Counted from the first letter of the stretch, positions 8,640 to 18,430 are shown. The stretch is DNA of 49,348 nt from Flavobacteriales bacterium (GCA_012965625.1 DTSC01000331.1:6621-55968); one strand, 5' to 3'. The notes: generated by a model not told the origin, from the letters alone. A program made the numbers and translations.

Positions 8640-11582
8640 CTAATTTGCAAGTATGATTTTATCAGAATAGATAAGCCTGTTTTGGTGACAAATTGTTATA
8701 ATATAGATGCCGCTTTTCCATTTTTGAGACTCAATAATTACTTTATTGGCGAAGTTTTGCAACTGTTTCTCATAGATTATTTGGCCTTGTATATCAGAAA
8801 CTTTTATGCTGCAATGCTTCTTTAATTTTATCCTTGAAAGATCAATAAAAAACTGCCCAGTAGCAGGATTGGGTTGAACCTTAATGCCCATTACATCCCC
8901 TCTTCTCTTTTTATTCAAGTTGACCATTAAGTTGGTTTCGTTAAAACTGCATGAATTTGCATCAGTTAAGATAACGGAATAGCCATTGTTTCCCGTCAGT
9001 CCAGTTGCTGTGAAATTAGTTTGAGCTCCGGAATCATCCCACAAATATGTATAGGGAGTAGCCCCCCCTATAGCACTTAGGGTCAATGATCCATCAGAAC
9101 AGCCATTGCACGACTCATTTACAACCGAAATAATACCATATAAAGAATCTGGTTCTACTATACTAACAGTTAATGAAACAGAGTCGTCTGCTGCATCTAT
9201 GGCTATAACGGTATAAGTTCCAGCACACAAACCTGTAGCAGTACTATTTGTTTGGTTAGCCCCATCATTCCAAAAATAGGAGTATGGCCCTGTTCCACCA
9301 CTTGCACTGACCTTAGCTGACCCATCGCATTGTCCAAAACAAGAGATATGAGTAATTGAGGAAAAACCAGTACTATTGATAAATGGGTCTCCCTTTAGAG
9401 CAAATGCGAACTCTCCTAAAATAAATGAATCCAAAACAATCTGTCCCCATTTATCATTAGGGGCAATTATGGTTTTTGTGTAGAAGGGGTATTCTGTCCA
9501 GTCAGATCCTGCATCCCTGCGATATAAAACGACTAAACTGTCTTCATGGGCATTAATGTCATCAAATAACTCAGTGTCATAATAGCTTGAGCCCGATTTT
9601 CTGCCATCATAGAACATTTTTGCCGTTATGGAATAGTTGGGGGGTAAAATCCCATCAATTTTCCAATATCGATTCGGGCATAACTTATATACCGTTGCTA
9701 TTTTAATTGGATCAGGTGACGCCCAATTATGCTCAATTCTTACAAGGGCAGAATCTGTTATGCTATTAACAGTTAATGTTATGTGTCCTGATTGAGAATT
9801 AACGTAGTCGTAGTTGCCTGGAGCACTTAAGGTCTTAACATCACTTGATATGGCATCACTGATTTTATTGTAATAATTGATAGCGGTGTAAACTGGGTTA
9901 AAAGGCAGAATAAATGTCGCAACTGCAATTACTCCACTATGAACAATTTTTTCTGTTTGTGAATTCCAGCTGTTATCAAAAAAAGTAATCTCTAGAGGTA
10001 CTTGGTCAAAATAGGAGGTCGCTGCTTTCAGTTTTTGTTTAGTGAAAACGCTTGCTTCATAATTTGGGCCGTTACTTGCTACTTTAACCGAATCTATTGA
10101 AAAATGTGGGAACCCCGGCTTCAAAACCCATTTATCAAAGAAGTCAGACAAGTCCATTCCAGAATATTGGGTTAAGTGGTCCCTTAGCAGATAGCTGTTC
10201 ATGCTTGAGAATTTATGGGCATCAAGGAATGAGGTTAGGCCACCAAAGAATAATGAATCCTTCATATAGCCACGCAGGGTATGTGCCACATCTGCTCCTT
10301 TTAAATACACATGATCACTATAAGTATATGCGTGAGGGATTCCATAGAGCGCCCTATAACCACTATCATTAATGTGGGTCATATGCATAACTTCCTCATG
10401 ATTAGATTTAACAAGAGCCCTATATGCCTCTGCGTTATAAATGGTTTCATTAAAAAGGAATTCCGAGTAAGTAGCCAACCCTTCATTTAACCACATATCT
10501 CCCTCATTATCGCAAGTTGCAAGATTACCCCACCAATGGTGAGCTAACTCATGTGCCATTAAATCCTGATAGGAAAGTGATCCGTTTGCGGCCAGGCGAG
10601 GGAAGGCAATATTGGTAGCATGCTCCATTGCACCTGATGAGAATGGGACCAAGGAGTAACCTACTTTATTCCACCGGTATTCCCCATAGCTGTTTTCGAA
10701 GGTAGAAATAGCAGCTCCTAAATTTGAAAAGGACGATATAAGATTGCTGGTATCTTGCGATCTTGCATAAAGCTCTATAGGGATTATTCCATTAATACCA
10801 TTATGGGTTTGGTTTATAGTTTCATAGTCGTTAATAGCTACGCATGCTAGGTAAGTAGGTATTTCCCTATCAAGAATCCAGGTGCTTATAATGGTATCCC
10901 CATTCAGGGGCGTCTCGGAGATTAATGTTCCATTGCATTTTGCTTTTTTCCCATTGGCTGTAGTGATATTGAATTTGTAAGTGGATCTTTCAATAAAGTT
11001 GTCAAAACAAGGAAACCAAATGCGACCATAATTATGAGGGTTAGCCTCAAAGCCAACACCTAGATTAAAAGCATATCCTGACTGAAAATAAAAACCACCC
11101 CAGCCAGATAGATCTTTTTCTGGATTTCCGTTATAATATATTGTCACTTCTGAAGTGTCTTCATCATTTAAATTTGTTGGTAAGGAAATAGAAATAAGAG
11201 TATCGTTATAAGTAAAGAAACAGCTGATACCATCAGAAGTTATTGAATCTATGGTTAAGGAGAGCAAGTCTAATGAAATAGAGCTAATACCACTTATCTT
11301 AGGAGTAAAATCTACGCGGCAATTTCCGTAGATTCGCTGATTAGACAGGTCTGTTATATTCAAGGATATTTCATAATTCAGAATATCAATTGTGTCACTT
11401 CTAAAACCAGAGGAATAACTATTGTTGTATTTCTTTTTTGTCAAGTTATATGTTGCTGCAGCTTTCATAAGCTGACAGGAACTGTTTATTAATGGTTTTT
11501 GGATCGTTTGTGCAGAGCTCACAAGACCACAGAAGACAAAAGATACAATAATAAGACCAGCTGTAAAGACGTTTGCATTCAT
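8640..11582 (-). CDS. M1-family zinc metallopeptidase (aminopeptidase N-like) with SprB repeats and a T9SS type-A C-terminal sorting domain
   Basis: GAMEH, HELAHHWWGN followed by WLNEGLATY (HEXXH-X18-E, about 10474..10556). Two SprB-type repeats are present (CFGQCDGSAKVSASGGTGPYSYFWNDGA; CNGCSDGSLTLSAIGGATPYTYLWDDSGA). The CTD is IKVQPNPATGQFFIDL...IILAN. The start is placed at ATG 11582 (MNANVFTAGLIIVSFVFCGLVSSAQT, a signal peptide) rather than the track start at 11702. Confidence 0.85.
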   Translation of the reverse strand: MNANVFTAGLIIVSFVFCGLVSSAQTIQKPLINSSCQLMKAAATYNLTKKKYNNSYSSGFRSDTIDILNYEISLNITDLSNQRIYGNCRVDFTPKISGISSISLDLLSLTIDSITSDGISCFFTYNDTLISISLPTNLNDEDTSEVTIYYNGNPEKDLSGWGGFYFQSGYAFNLGVGFEANPHNYGRIWFPCFDNFIERSTYKFNITTANGKKAKCNGTLISETPLNGDTIISTWILDREIPTYLACVAINDYETINQTHNGINGIIPIELYARSQDTSNLISSFSNLGAAISTFENSYGEYRWNKVGYSLVPFSSGAMEHATNIAFPRLAANGSLSYQDLMAHELAHHWWGNLATCDNEGDMWLNEGLATYSEFLFNETIYNAEAYRALVKSNHEEVMHMTHINDSGYRALYGIPHAYTYSDHVYLKGADVAHTLRGYMKDSLFFGGLTSFLDAHKFSSMNSYLLRDHLTQYSGMDLSDFFDKWVLKPGFPHFSIDSVKVASNGPNYEASVFTKQKLKAATSYFDQVPLEITFFDNSWNSQTEKIVHSGVIAVATFILPFNPVYTAINYYNKISDAISSDVKTLSAPGNYDYVNSQSGHITLTVNSITDSALVRIEHNWASPDPIKIATVYKLCPNRYWKIDGILPPNYSITAKMFYDGRKSGSSYYDTELFDDINAHEDSLVVLYRRDAGSDWTEYPFYTKTIIAPNDKWGQIVLDSFILGEFAFALKGDPFINSTGFSSITHISCFGQCDGSAKVSASGGTGPYSYFWNDGANQTNSTATGLCAGTYTVIAIDAADDSVSLTVSIVEPDSLYGIISVVNESCNGCSDGSLTLSAIGGATPYTYLWDDSGAQTNFTATGLTGNNGYSVILTDANSCSFNETNLMVNLNKKRRGDVMGIKVQPNPATGQFFIDLSRIKLKKHCSIKVSDIQGQIIYEKQLQNFANKVIIESQKWKSGIYIITICHQNRLIYSDKIILAN

Positions 11583-11644
11583 TTGAAACCCTAAAATAGT
11601 ATCTTCGGTAATAACAAAGATAATAAGCATCTTCTCATATTCAA

Positions 11645-12283
11645 ATGGTTGCAAATTATATAAAAGTGATTTCCTTGATTGTTCTGATATGTACAGCACC
11701 ACCGATTTTTGCTCAAAATGGCAAGATGAAGAAATTCATGCACTTATCATCTCCTGAGAAATGTTGGGTTATTACACATCCCTTTATTGCATCAAAGGCA
11801 TTGCTGATTTCTGAAAGTGTGAAAAAGGCCACTCAGGAGGAAGGTGTCCGTGAAGAGCTTGACAATTATGTGAATGGAGGAAAGCTGGATGCGTTCAGGC
11901 ATGTTTTCTGGATGGCCTCATTAGGCCTTGCATTTAATCCAAAGAAAGCGCTAAAATTGGGAGTAGCACATGAAAAGGGCAATAAAAAAGATTTTTCAAA
12001 ACGCCGAAAAGAAGAGGGAGTAATTCCTGATCAAATATCAGGAGAGATGGACCTTTGGAACAATCAAATAGGAGCTGGCATTGCGATTTTACACAAAGAT
12101 GTATCAAAAGAGGAGTCTAGGAAACTAGCTATTGAAAGTATCATAAAAGGTAAATGTAAAATTATTAAAAGGGGAAGTAATGGAGCCTTCCTTAGCAAGG
12201 ATAACAAAGTCATCAAAGATGAAGAATGGATTGGAGAGTGGATTAATGAAAGATGTCTTGTAATGTCAAATTACAACAATTGA
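11645..12283 (+). CDS. Secreted hypothetical protein (conserved HPF..A / DAFRH / AHE / MDLWNN motifs; possibly a DUF6973-like family)
   Basis: Signal peptide MVANYIKVISLIVLICTAPPIFAQ. The motifs SPEKCWVITHPFIA, GGKLDAFRHVFWMASL, VAHEKGN and EMDLWNNQIGAGI resemble a family of unknown function that I recall only loosely. The family name is unverified. Confidence 0.55.
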   Translation: MVANYIKVISLIVLICTAPPIFAQNGKMKKFMHLSSPEKCWVITHPFIASKALLISESVKKATQEEGVREELDNYVNGGKLDAFRHVFWMASLGLAFNPKKALKLGVAHEKGNKKDFSKRRKEEGVIPDQISGEMDLWNNQIGAGIAILHKDVSKEESRKLAIESIIKGKCKIIKRGSNGAFLSKDNKVIKDEEWIGEWINERCLVMSNYNN

Positions 12284-14004
12284 AAGCAATCGTAGGGATA
12301 TTATTGGTTTGTATTCTAACCTTTGCTTTGGAGGTCTGTGGCCAGGGCTTATATAATCTGAGTATTATAGAATCTAATGGGCAGCCATTCAAAAACATTG
12401 TGGAATATCAGAAATCATTTAAGGATAGTCTGTTGAGACACAAACAATTGCAATGGGTATTGTCTGAAATGTATGATAAGGGCTATCTGGCGGCTTCATT
12501 TGATAGTGTGCATTATTTGGAGCATAATCTAAATGCAGTAATTACAAAAGGAGGGGTTTATAAATGGGCTACGATTAATGCAGGCCATATTGACGAAGGC
12601 ATTTTAAGCAGTATTGGTTTTAGAGATAAGCTCTTTTATAAAAAACCGTTTAATCATGATGGCGTAAGGGGCTTACAAGAAGCACTATTAATTTATTGTG
12701 AAAATCATGGTTATCCATTTGCGGTTGTTAAATTGGATAGTGTTGAAATTGAAAGTGATGAAATCAGTGCAGTGCTAACCCTTGAAAAAAACAAAGAGAT
12801 TAAGATTGATAGTATTGAGATTAAGGGTGATGCAAATATCAGCATGGTATACTTGTCCAATTTTATTGGGATAGCTCCTGGAGATCTTTATAACGAACGT
12901 TTGGTTCGTGATATACACCTTAGAATTAAAGAATTGCGATTCTTAAAAGAAAAAAGCCCCTTACAAGTGGAGTTCAGTGAAAAGTCCACAAAATTAGTAT
13001 TAGATCTACAAGGAAAACAAGCCAGCCAATTTAATGGAATTGTTGGATTCATGCCGAACAATAAGGATGATGGAAAGCTGCTTGTTACAGGAGAAGCCAG
13101 GCTTAAACTGTTAAATTCCTTGGGTAATGGTGAGCTTATGGACATTAACTGGAGGAGCCTGAAACCAAGAACCCAAGACCTGAAAAGCCGTTTGGTTTAT
13201 CCCTTTCTCTTTTCATCGCCATTTGGTGCGGATGTTCAATTTACACTCTATAAAAAAGACACGCTTTATATTGACCTTATTTCCAGTATTGGGGTTCAAT
13301 ATTTGCTCAGAGGGGGAAATTTCTTAAAGGCCTTTGCAAATAACAAAGAAACCCGCTTGCTGGGAGAGTATGTGTCCAGTCTCCCTTATGGCAATGTCCG
13401 AAGCACAATCTATGGGCTTGGTTATAAATCCCAAAAACTAGATTATTTGTATAATCCTAAAAAGGGATATGCCCTTTTGTTAGAATTAGGGGCCGGAAAT
13501 AAAAGGATTAAATCTGATCCTGATTTAGATCCAGACTCAGTAGAACATAATTCCACTGAATTGGAAGGGAAATTTGCCTTGGACCTGTTTATTCCATTAA
13601 CCAATAGAAATGTGTTGAATTTAGGGCTATCTGGTGGGTATCGATCTAGTAAATCAATGTTTGAAAATGAGCTATTTAGACTTGGAGGGATTTCCACATT
13701 AAGAGGATTTGATGAAGAATCAATTCTGGCATCCTTTTATTCTGTTTATACTTTTGAATACCGATATTTATTGGAGCAAAACTCATACTTATTCTTGTTT
13801 TTTGACGGCTCATATTATGAAAATGAAGTTGCCCAGATGAAAGGAGAAGACTGGACAGATCAACCAATTGGATATGGTGCTGGGATAAGTTTTGAAACTA
13901 AGGCTGGAATATTTAACATTAATTATGCATTAGGCCAGCAAAAAGGGAATCCGCCAGACATAAAGGCTGCAAAAATTCATTTTGGGATAGTGAATAGGTT
14001 TTAG
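12253..14004 (+). CDS. Omp85-superfamily outer-membrane protein (POTRA repeats + beta-barrel; BamA/TamA/TpsB-like)
   Basis: Signal peptide, then POTRA-like units (IDSIEIKGDANISMVYLSNFIGIAPGDLYNERLV). A barrel with alternating-hydrophobic strands follows (NSLGNGELMDINW, FRLGGISTLRGFDE, GYGAGISFETKAGIFNINYALG). The protein ends in a C-terminal Phe (..GIVNRF). An alternative TTG start at 12277 is possible. Confidence 0.7.
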   Translation: MSCNVKLQQLKAIVGILLVCILTFALEVCGQGLYNLSIIESNGQPFKNIVEYQKSFKDSLLRHKQLQWVLSEMYDKGYLAASFDSVHYLEHNLNAVITKGGVYKWATINAGHIDEGILSSIGFRDKLFYKKPFNHDGVRGLQEALLIYCENHGYPFAVVKLDSVEIESDEISAVLTLEKNKEIKIDSIEIKGDANISMVYLSNFIGIAPGDLYNERLVRDIHLRIKELRFLKEKSPLQVEFSEKSTKLVLDLQGKQASQFNGIVGFMPNNKDDGKLLVTGEARLKLLNSLGNGELMDINWRSLKPRTQDLKSRLVYPFLFSSPFGADVQFTLYKKDTLYIDLISSIGVQYLLRGGNFLKAFANNKETRLLGEYVSSLPYGNVRSTIYGLGYKSQKLDYLYNPKKGYALLLELGAGNKRIKSDPDLDPDSVEHNSTELEGKFALDLFIPLTNRNVLNLGLSGGYRSSKSMFENELFRLGGISTLRGFDEESILASFYSVYTFEYRYLLEQNSYLFLFFDGSYYENEVAQMKGEDWTDQPIGYGAGISFETKAGIFNINYALGQQKGNPPDIKAAKIHFGIVNRF

Positions 14005-14056
14005 CTAAGATTTCGATAATTGTTTTTGCTAACTTTACAATCTTAACAAAAAGAAG

Positions 14057-15325
14057 ATGCCCTTAGAAATTACTATCATAGCCTTATCTCTCCTTGTCGG
14101 ATTTTTATTGGGCTGGATAGTTAGTAGAAACAGATATGACAAGAAAGGAAATAATAACAGCGAAAATGTTTCAACAATTATTGAACTGAATAGAGAGATA
14201 GCCGCCAAAGACCAGAAAATAGAAGACTTAAATAATTCAATAGCAAAACAAGAGCAGAAACTCAAGTTAGAGTTTGAGAATCTTGCTGGAAAAATATTGG
14301 AGGAAAACAGCAAAAAATTTACAGAACAGAACAAAAGCGCCTTAAAGGACCTTTTGGATCCTCTTGGTATAAAAATGTCCGAATTTAAAGATAAAGTTCA
14401 AGAAACATATGTTAAGGGAACAAGAGAAAGGTCGGCCCTGACGGAGCAAATCAAAGGCCTGACGGAATTAAATAAAAAAATGAGTCAGGATGCTACAAAC
14501 TTGACAAAAGCTCTAAAAGGAGACTCAAAGGTTCAGGGAGATTGGGGCGAATTTAAGCTTGAAATGATTTTAGAGAAAGCAGGCTTGGTTAGTGGAATTC
14601 ATTATTCAGCACAACCCACCTATAAGGATGAAGATGGGTTATTGAAAAGGCCTGATTTTATTATAAAACTTCCAGAAGACAAGAACTTGATAATTGACTC
14701 TAAAGTTTCCTTAACAGCCTATGAGGCTTTTTGTAGTAGCGAACAGAAAGAAGAAAAAGACAGGTATTTAAAAGAACACCTAAGAAGTGTGAAGGGGCAC
14801 ATAAAAGAATTAAGTGCAAAAAATTATCAAAAATTATATCAAATAAATTCTCCGGATTATGTGTTAATGTATATTCCTATTGAGCCAGCTTTTATTATGG
14901 CGATTCAGAGCGACCCAGAGTTAATGGGATGGGCAGTAGAGAATAAGAATATTGTTTTGGTAGCTACAAGCACTTTGTTAGCTACTCTTTCTATGGTGTC
15001 GTCTATTTGGAAACAAGAAGATCAAAAGAGGAATGTAATAGAAATTGCTAGACAAAGTGGTGCCTTATATGACAAATTTGTTGGATTTTCGGAAGATCTC
15101 ATAGATGTAGGGAAAAGAATGGATTCTGCAAAAAACTCTTATGAGGGGGCTATGAAGAAACTTGTTGCAGGCAAGGATAATCTTGTACGTAAAACAGAAA
15201 ACATTAAAAAGCTTGGAGCCAAGACGCAAAAATCAATTCCAGATCCTCTCCTAAATCGTGCAGAAATAATAAGGGGAAACGGAAATGATCCTTCAGATGT
15301 TGATTCAATTGATTTAGATGAATGA
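14057..15325 (+). CDS. rmuC: DNA recombination protein RmuC
   Basis: N-terminal TM helix and a long coiled coil. The RmuC core follows: GDWGEFKLEMILEKAGL..RPDFIIKLPEDKNLIIDSKVSLTAYE..YVLMYIPIE. Confidence 0.85.
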   Translation: MPLEITIIALSLLVGFLLGWIVSRNRYDKKGNNNSENVSTIIELNREIAAKDQKIEDLNNSIAKQEQKLKLEFENLAGKILEENSKKFTEQNKSALKDLLDPLGIKMSEFKDKVQETYVKGTRERSALTEQIKGLTELNKKMSQDATNLTKALKGDSKVQGDWGEFKLEMILEKAGLVSGIHYSAQPTYKDEDGLLKRPDFIIKLPEDKNLIIDSKVSLTAYEAFCSSEQKEEKDRYLKEHLRSVKGHIKELSAKNYQKLYQINSPDYVLMYIPIEPAFIMAIQSDPELMGWAVENKNIVLVATSTLLATLSMVSSIWKQEDQKRNVIEIARQSGALYDKFVGFSEDLIDVGKRMDSAKNSYEGAMKKLVAGKDNLVRKTENIKKLGAKTQKSIPDPLLNRAEIIRGNGNDPSDVDSIDLDE

Positions 15326-16575
15326 AACAGAGTGCAATATTTTTTTTAATTATTATTCTTGCATCTTGCTATTCTACATCTAAAGTTAGCAATCAAAACC
15401 TGTCTTATTTATACTGGAAAGAGTCAAGCATTTTGCATCCTAAATGTAGGGCCTTTCATAAATCCGATTCTGTAACAGTCATTTATTGTCAAATTTCACC
15501 AAAAGAGTTGCTTTTCATCAGAGAAGACAGCAAGGGTAAATTTCTGTCTCACTACCAAATACATTATAATCTTTACCCTTCTTATGAATCAAAAGAATTG
15601 CTTGATAGTGCTGGGTTTAATTTTTTTTTGGAGAGGCCCAAAACAAGATCTGGGATAATCAATTCCTTTGAGATCAGCACTCCTAATGTTGGTAAATATT
15701 TGCTTGAAATTTTAACAACCGATGTAAAACGGAAACAAACTGCCAGAACTTATTTAAGTATTGATAAATCAACGATTAATAATCGGCAAACATTCATGGT
15801 TTGTGGTGATGAAGATAATTCGCCATTATTTAGAAACTATTTTCACAAGAAAGAAACTATTAAGTTCAAACACAATAATCCTGAACATGAAAATTATAGA
15901 TTAAATTATTATAAACAAGACCACGACATAGCACCACCACCATTTTCAGTAATACAACAAAAACCAATAAACACTTTGTCAGATAGCTTTGCTGAAGTGA
16001 AGGTGCTAGAGGATGGAATGGCATACCTGAGTTTTGATAAACTTGGAACATATCATCTAAATTCCAATATGGGTAATGGTGAAGGGATTGCCTTCTTTCG
16101 ATTTAGTGATGGTTTTCCTGGGGTCACAATGCCAGAAGAGATGATTGGGCCACTTCGCTACATTACAACAAAACGCGAATATTCTGAAATGAGTTTGTTT
16201 GATGATAAAAAGTTGGCAGTGGATAATTTCTGGCTAAATATTACTGGGAATCCTGACCGTGGAAGGAAGATGATAAAACAATTTTATACTAGAGTAACGG
16301 CTTCTAATATATATTTTTCTTCCTATCTTGAAGGATGGAAATCAGATCGTGGAATGATCTATATTGTTTATGGCCCCCCAGATGTAGTATATAGAAATAC
16401 TAGTGCTGAGAATTGGATTTATGGTGAAGAAGGTAACCTAATGTCAGTTAATTTCACTTTCTATAAAAGGGATAATTCATTGAGTGATAACGATTATAGG
16501 CTTAATAGGTCTGCAATCTATAAAAATAGCTGGTATTTGGCTGTTGATGCCTGGAGACAGGGCATTATTTATTAG
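15322..16575 (+). CDS. GWxTD domain-containing lipoprotein
   Basis: Lipoprotein signal (IIILASC). The C-terminal block is FWLNITGNPDRGRKMIKQFYTRV..YLEGWKSDRGMIYIVYGPPD..ENWIYGE, the GWxTD signature. Its ATG overlaps the rmuC stop (ATGA). Confidence 0.75.
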   Translation: MKQSAIFFLIIILASCYSTSKVSNQNLSYLYWKESSILHPKCRAFHKSDSVTVIYCQISPKELLFIREDSKGKFLSHYQIHYNLYPSYESKELLDSAGFNFFLERPKTRSGIINSFEISTPNVGKYLLEILTTDVKRKQTARTYLSIDKSTINNRQTFMVCGDEDNSPLFRNYFHKKETIKFKHNNPEHENYRLNYYKQDHDIAPPPFSVIQQKPINTLSDSFAEVKVLEDGMAYLSFDKLGTYHLNSNMGNGEGIAFFRFSDGFPGVTMPEEMIGPLRYITTKREYSEMSLFDDKKLAVDNFWLNITGNPDRGRKMIKQFYTRVTASNIYFSSYLEGWKSDRGMIYIVYGPPDVVYRNTSAENWIYGEEGNLMSVNFTFYKRDNSLSDNDYRLNRSAIYKNSWYLAVDAWRQGIIY

Positions 16576-16608
16576 TATTATAGACAAAAGAATCAAAGGC
16601 GATTATAT

Positions 16609-17370
16609 ATGGGAAACTTCAGGCCAAAACCAGATAAAAATAGCGAACAGATGGTCTTTGGGATGAGGCCAGTCATTGAAGCAATCAACGCTGGCAAAGA
16701 AATTGAATATCTGATGATCCAAAACAACCTACTGGGGGAGAACTATTCTGAACTAATGCGCATCATAAAAAAAAATGAACAAACGTTTCAAAGGGTGCCG
16801 ATTGAAAAACTTAATCGTATAACGAGACGCAACCACCAGGGTGTCGTCTGTTTTATCTCTCCAATTTCCTATACCAACCTGGAAGACATTCTGCCTTTTG
16901 TATATGAAAAAGGGAAAGATCCATTAATTGTTTTACTGGATGGGATAACAGATGTTCGAAATTTTGGGGCCATTGCAAGAACCGCTGAATGTGCTGGTGT
17001 AGACGGATTGGTAATTCCGGAAAAAGGAGGGGCCAGGGTAACTGCTGATGCAATTAAAACTTCTGCTGGAGCATTGAGTGAGATGGCCGTTTGTAAAACA
17101 AAATCCATTGAAAGCTCAATTCGGTTACTAAAAGAAAGTGGTGTGCAAATTATAGCGTGCTCTGAAAAAGGGGAGAAGAGCCTTTACGATCTTAAGTTTA
17201 ATAAACCTACTGCCCTTATTCTTGGTGCAGAAGATAAAGGGGTATCACAATCGTGTCTTAATTTGGCCGATGAAATTGTTCAGATTCCAATCAAAGGAAA
17301 GATTGGTTCATTAAATGTGTCTGTTTCTGCCGGTGTAGCAATCTACGAAGTCCTAAGGCAGCGTGCCTAA
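16609..17370 (+). CDS. rlmB: 23S rRNA (guanosine-2'-O)-methyltransferase RlmB (SpoU/TrmH family)
   Basis: SpoU motifs LLDGITDVRNFGAIARTAECAGVDGLVIP, LILGAEDKGVS and IPIKGKIGSLNVSVSAGVAIYE, preceded by an N-terminal SpoU_sub_bind-like region. The true start may be the internal ATG at 16651 (MVFGMRPVIEA). Confidence 0.75.
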   Translation: MGNFRPKPDKNSEQMVFGMRPVIEAINAGKEIEYLMIQNNLLGENYSELMRIIKKNEQTFQRVPIEKLNRITRRNHQGVVCFISPISYTNLEDILPFVYEKGKDPLIVLLDGITDVRNFGAIARTAECAGVDGLVIPEKGGARVTADAIKTSAGALSEMAVCKTKSIESSIRLLKESGVQIIACSEKGEKSLYDLKFNKPTALILGAEDKGVSQSCLNLADEIVQIPIKGKIGSLNVSVSAGVAIYEVLRQRA

Positions 17371-18422
17371 AGACCTTTTGCCAAATTTGCCACAACAGTT
17401 TTCATGCAATCTGTTTCTTCAAATTCTGAGAATCCTTTATAAGCAATCGCTCGCTTTAATGCCCGCTTCAAATCAAATCCACTTTGGTCCTCGTGATAAA
17501 ATAATCCTTTTGCTTCAAGCCTGTTCGCTAAATATTCTTGTTCTGTTTGACCAGGAGTGGGAACAAAAATCGCCTTGTTTCCTGTAACAGCCAGGTCCAT
17601 GATGGTAGAATATCCAGGCCTGGAGAGTACTAGCTTTGAATCACTCATTGCTTCTTCCATTTCTTCAGTTTCTAGATGAGAATGAAAGATAAGACCGTTT
17701 TGTGATTCCAGGATGTCGCTATCAAGAGTTCCGTTAACCACAATAGTTTTGAGCTTATTCTGTTTCAATTGTGACAATACCAATTTCTCAAAGATAGTCC
17801 GTTGTGGCTCTGGCCCAGAAAGGGAAACCAACAAATCATATTGTCTGGATTTTTTGCTTTTCTTACCCAAAAACCTGGAAATTGGGCCAACATAGCGCAT
17901 GTTAGAGTATTTGTATTTGTGTGATAAGTCACCCGAAAAATTATCTTTTCCTTCATGATCAGGTACCCAGCACTCATCATATTTCTTTATAAAAAACCCA
18001 GTTATTGCTCTTAATAAAGGCTCTAAGAACCTCAAACGTGATGAGCATTTAATCATAACCTGATGGGTGATAAATATGGAACGCACATTTTGGTTCCACA
18101 TACCATAGCGATTGTCTGAGATAACCGCATCAATATTATTTTCTCTAATGATTGATTTTAATGCCTGATGCTCTTTAAATATTTCCCAAAAAATCTTAGG
18201 CGTTCCCAGAAAGATTTGAAAACCCATAGTCCTTTTACCTGTATATAATAAATTATAACCGGGAAGACTAATGTAGTGAAGGTTGGGGAATTCCTGCTTT
18301 AACAATTTTAAAGGCCTGCCATCAGCCGCAATAATCACTTCAACACCAGCACGAACCAGTTCTTTTATGATGGGAATACATCGTGTAGCATGGCCAAGAC
18401 CCCAATTTAGCGGAGCTACCAA
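17367..18422 (-). CDS. Glycosyltransferase (GT28/MGT-like, GT-B fold)
   Basis: APLNWGLGHATRCIPIIKEL at the N-terminus and a C-terminal RPGYSTIMDL..PTPGQTEQEYLA nucleotide-sugar binding block. It has a TTG start 8 nt after the stop of the upstream phosphoesterase gene. Confidence 0.7.
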   Translation of the reverse strand: MVAPLNWGLGHATRCIPIIKELVRAGVEVIIAADGRPLKLLKQEFPNLHYISLPGYNLLYTGKRTMGFQIFLGTPKIFWEIFKEHQALKSIIRENNIDAVISDNRYGMWNQNVRSIFITHQVMIKCSSRLRFLEPLLRAITGFFIKKYDECWVPDHEGKDNFSGDLSHKYKYSNMRYVGPISRFLGKKSKKSRQYDLLVSLSGPEPQRTIFEKLVLSQLKQNKLKTIVVNGTLDSDILESQNGLIFHSHLETEEMEEAMSDSKLVLSRPGYSTIMDLAVTGNKAIFVPTPGQTEQEYLANRLEAKGLFYHEDQSGFDLKRALKRAIAYKGFSEFEETDCMKTVVANLAKGL

Positions 18423-18430
18423 GACCTTTT

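Noticed and set aside
11583-11702. N-terminal extensions of track ORFs: M1 peptidase 11583..11702, phosphoesterase 20129..20206 and helicase 3549..3590.
   Set aside because: Internal start codons give proper signal peptides (MNANVF.., MRNTAL..) or family-typical N-termini. The extensions would also overlap the divergent neighbour or its promoter region.
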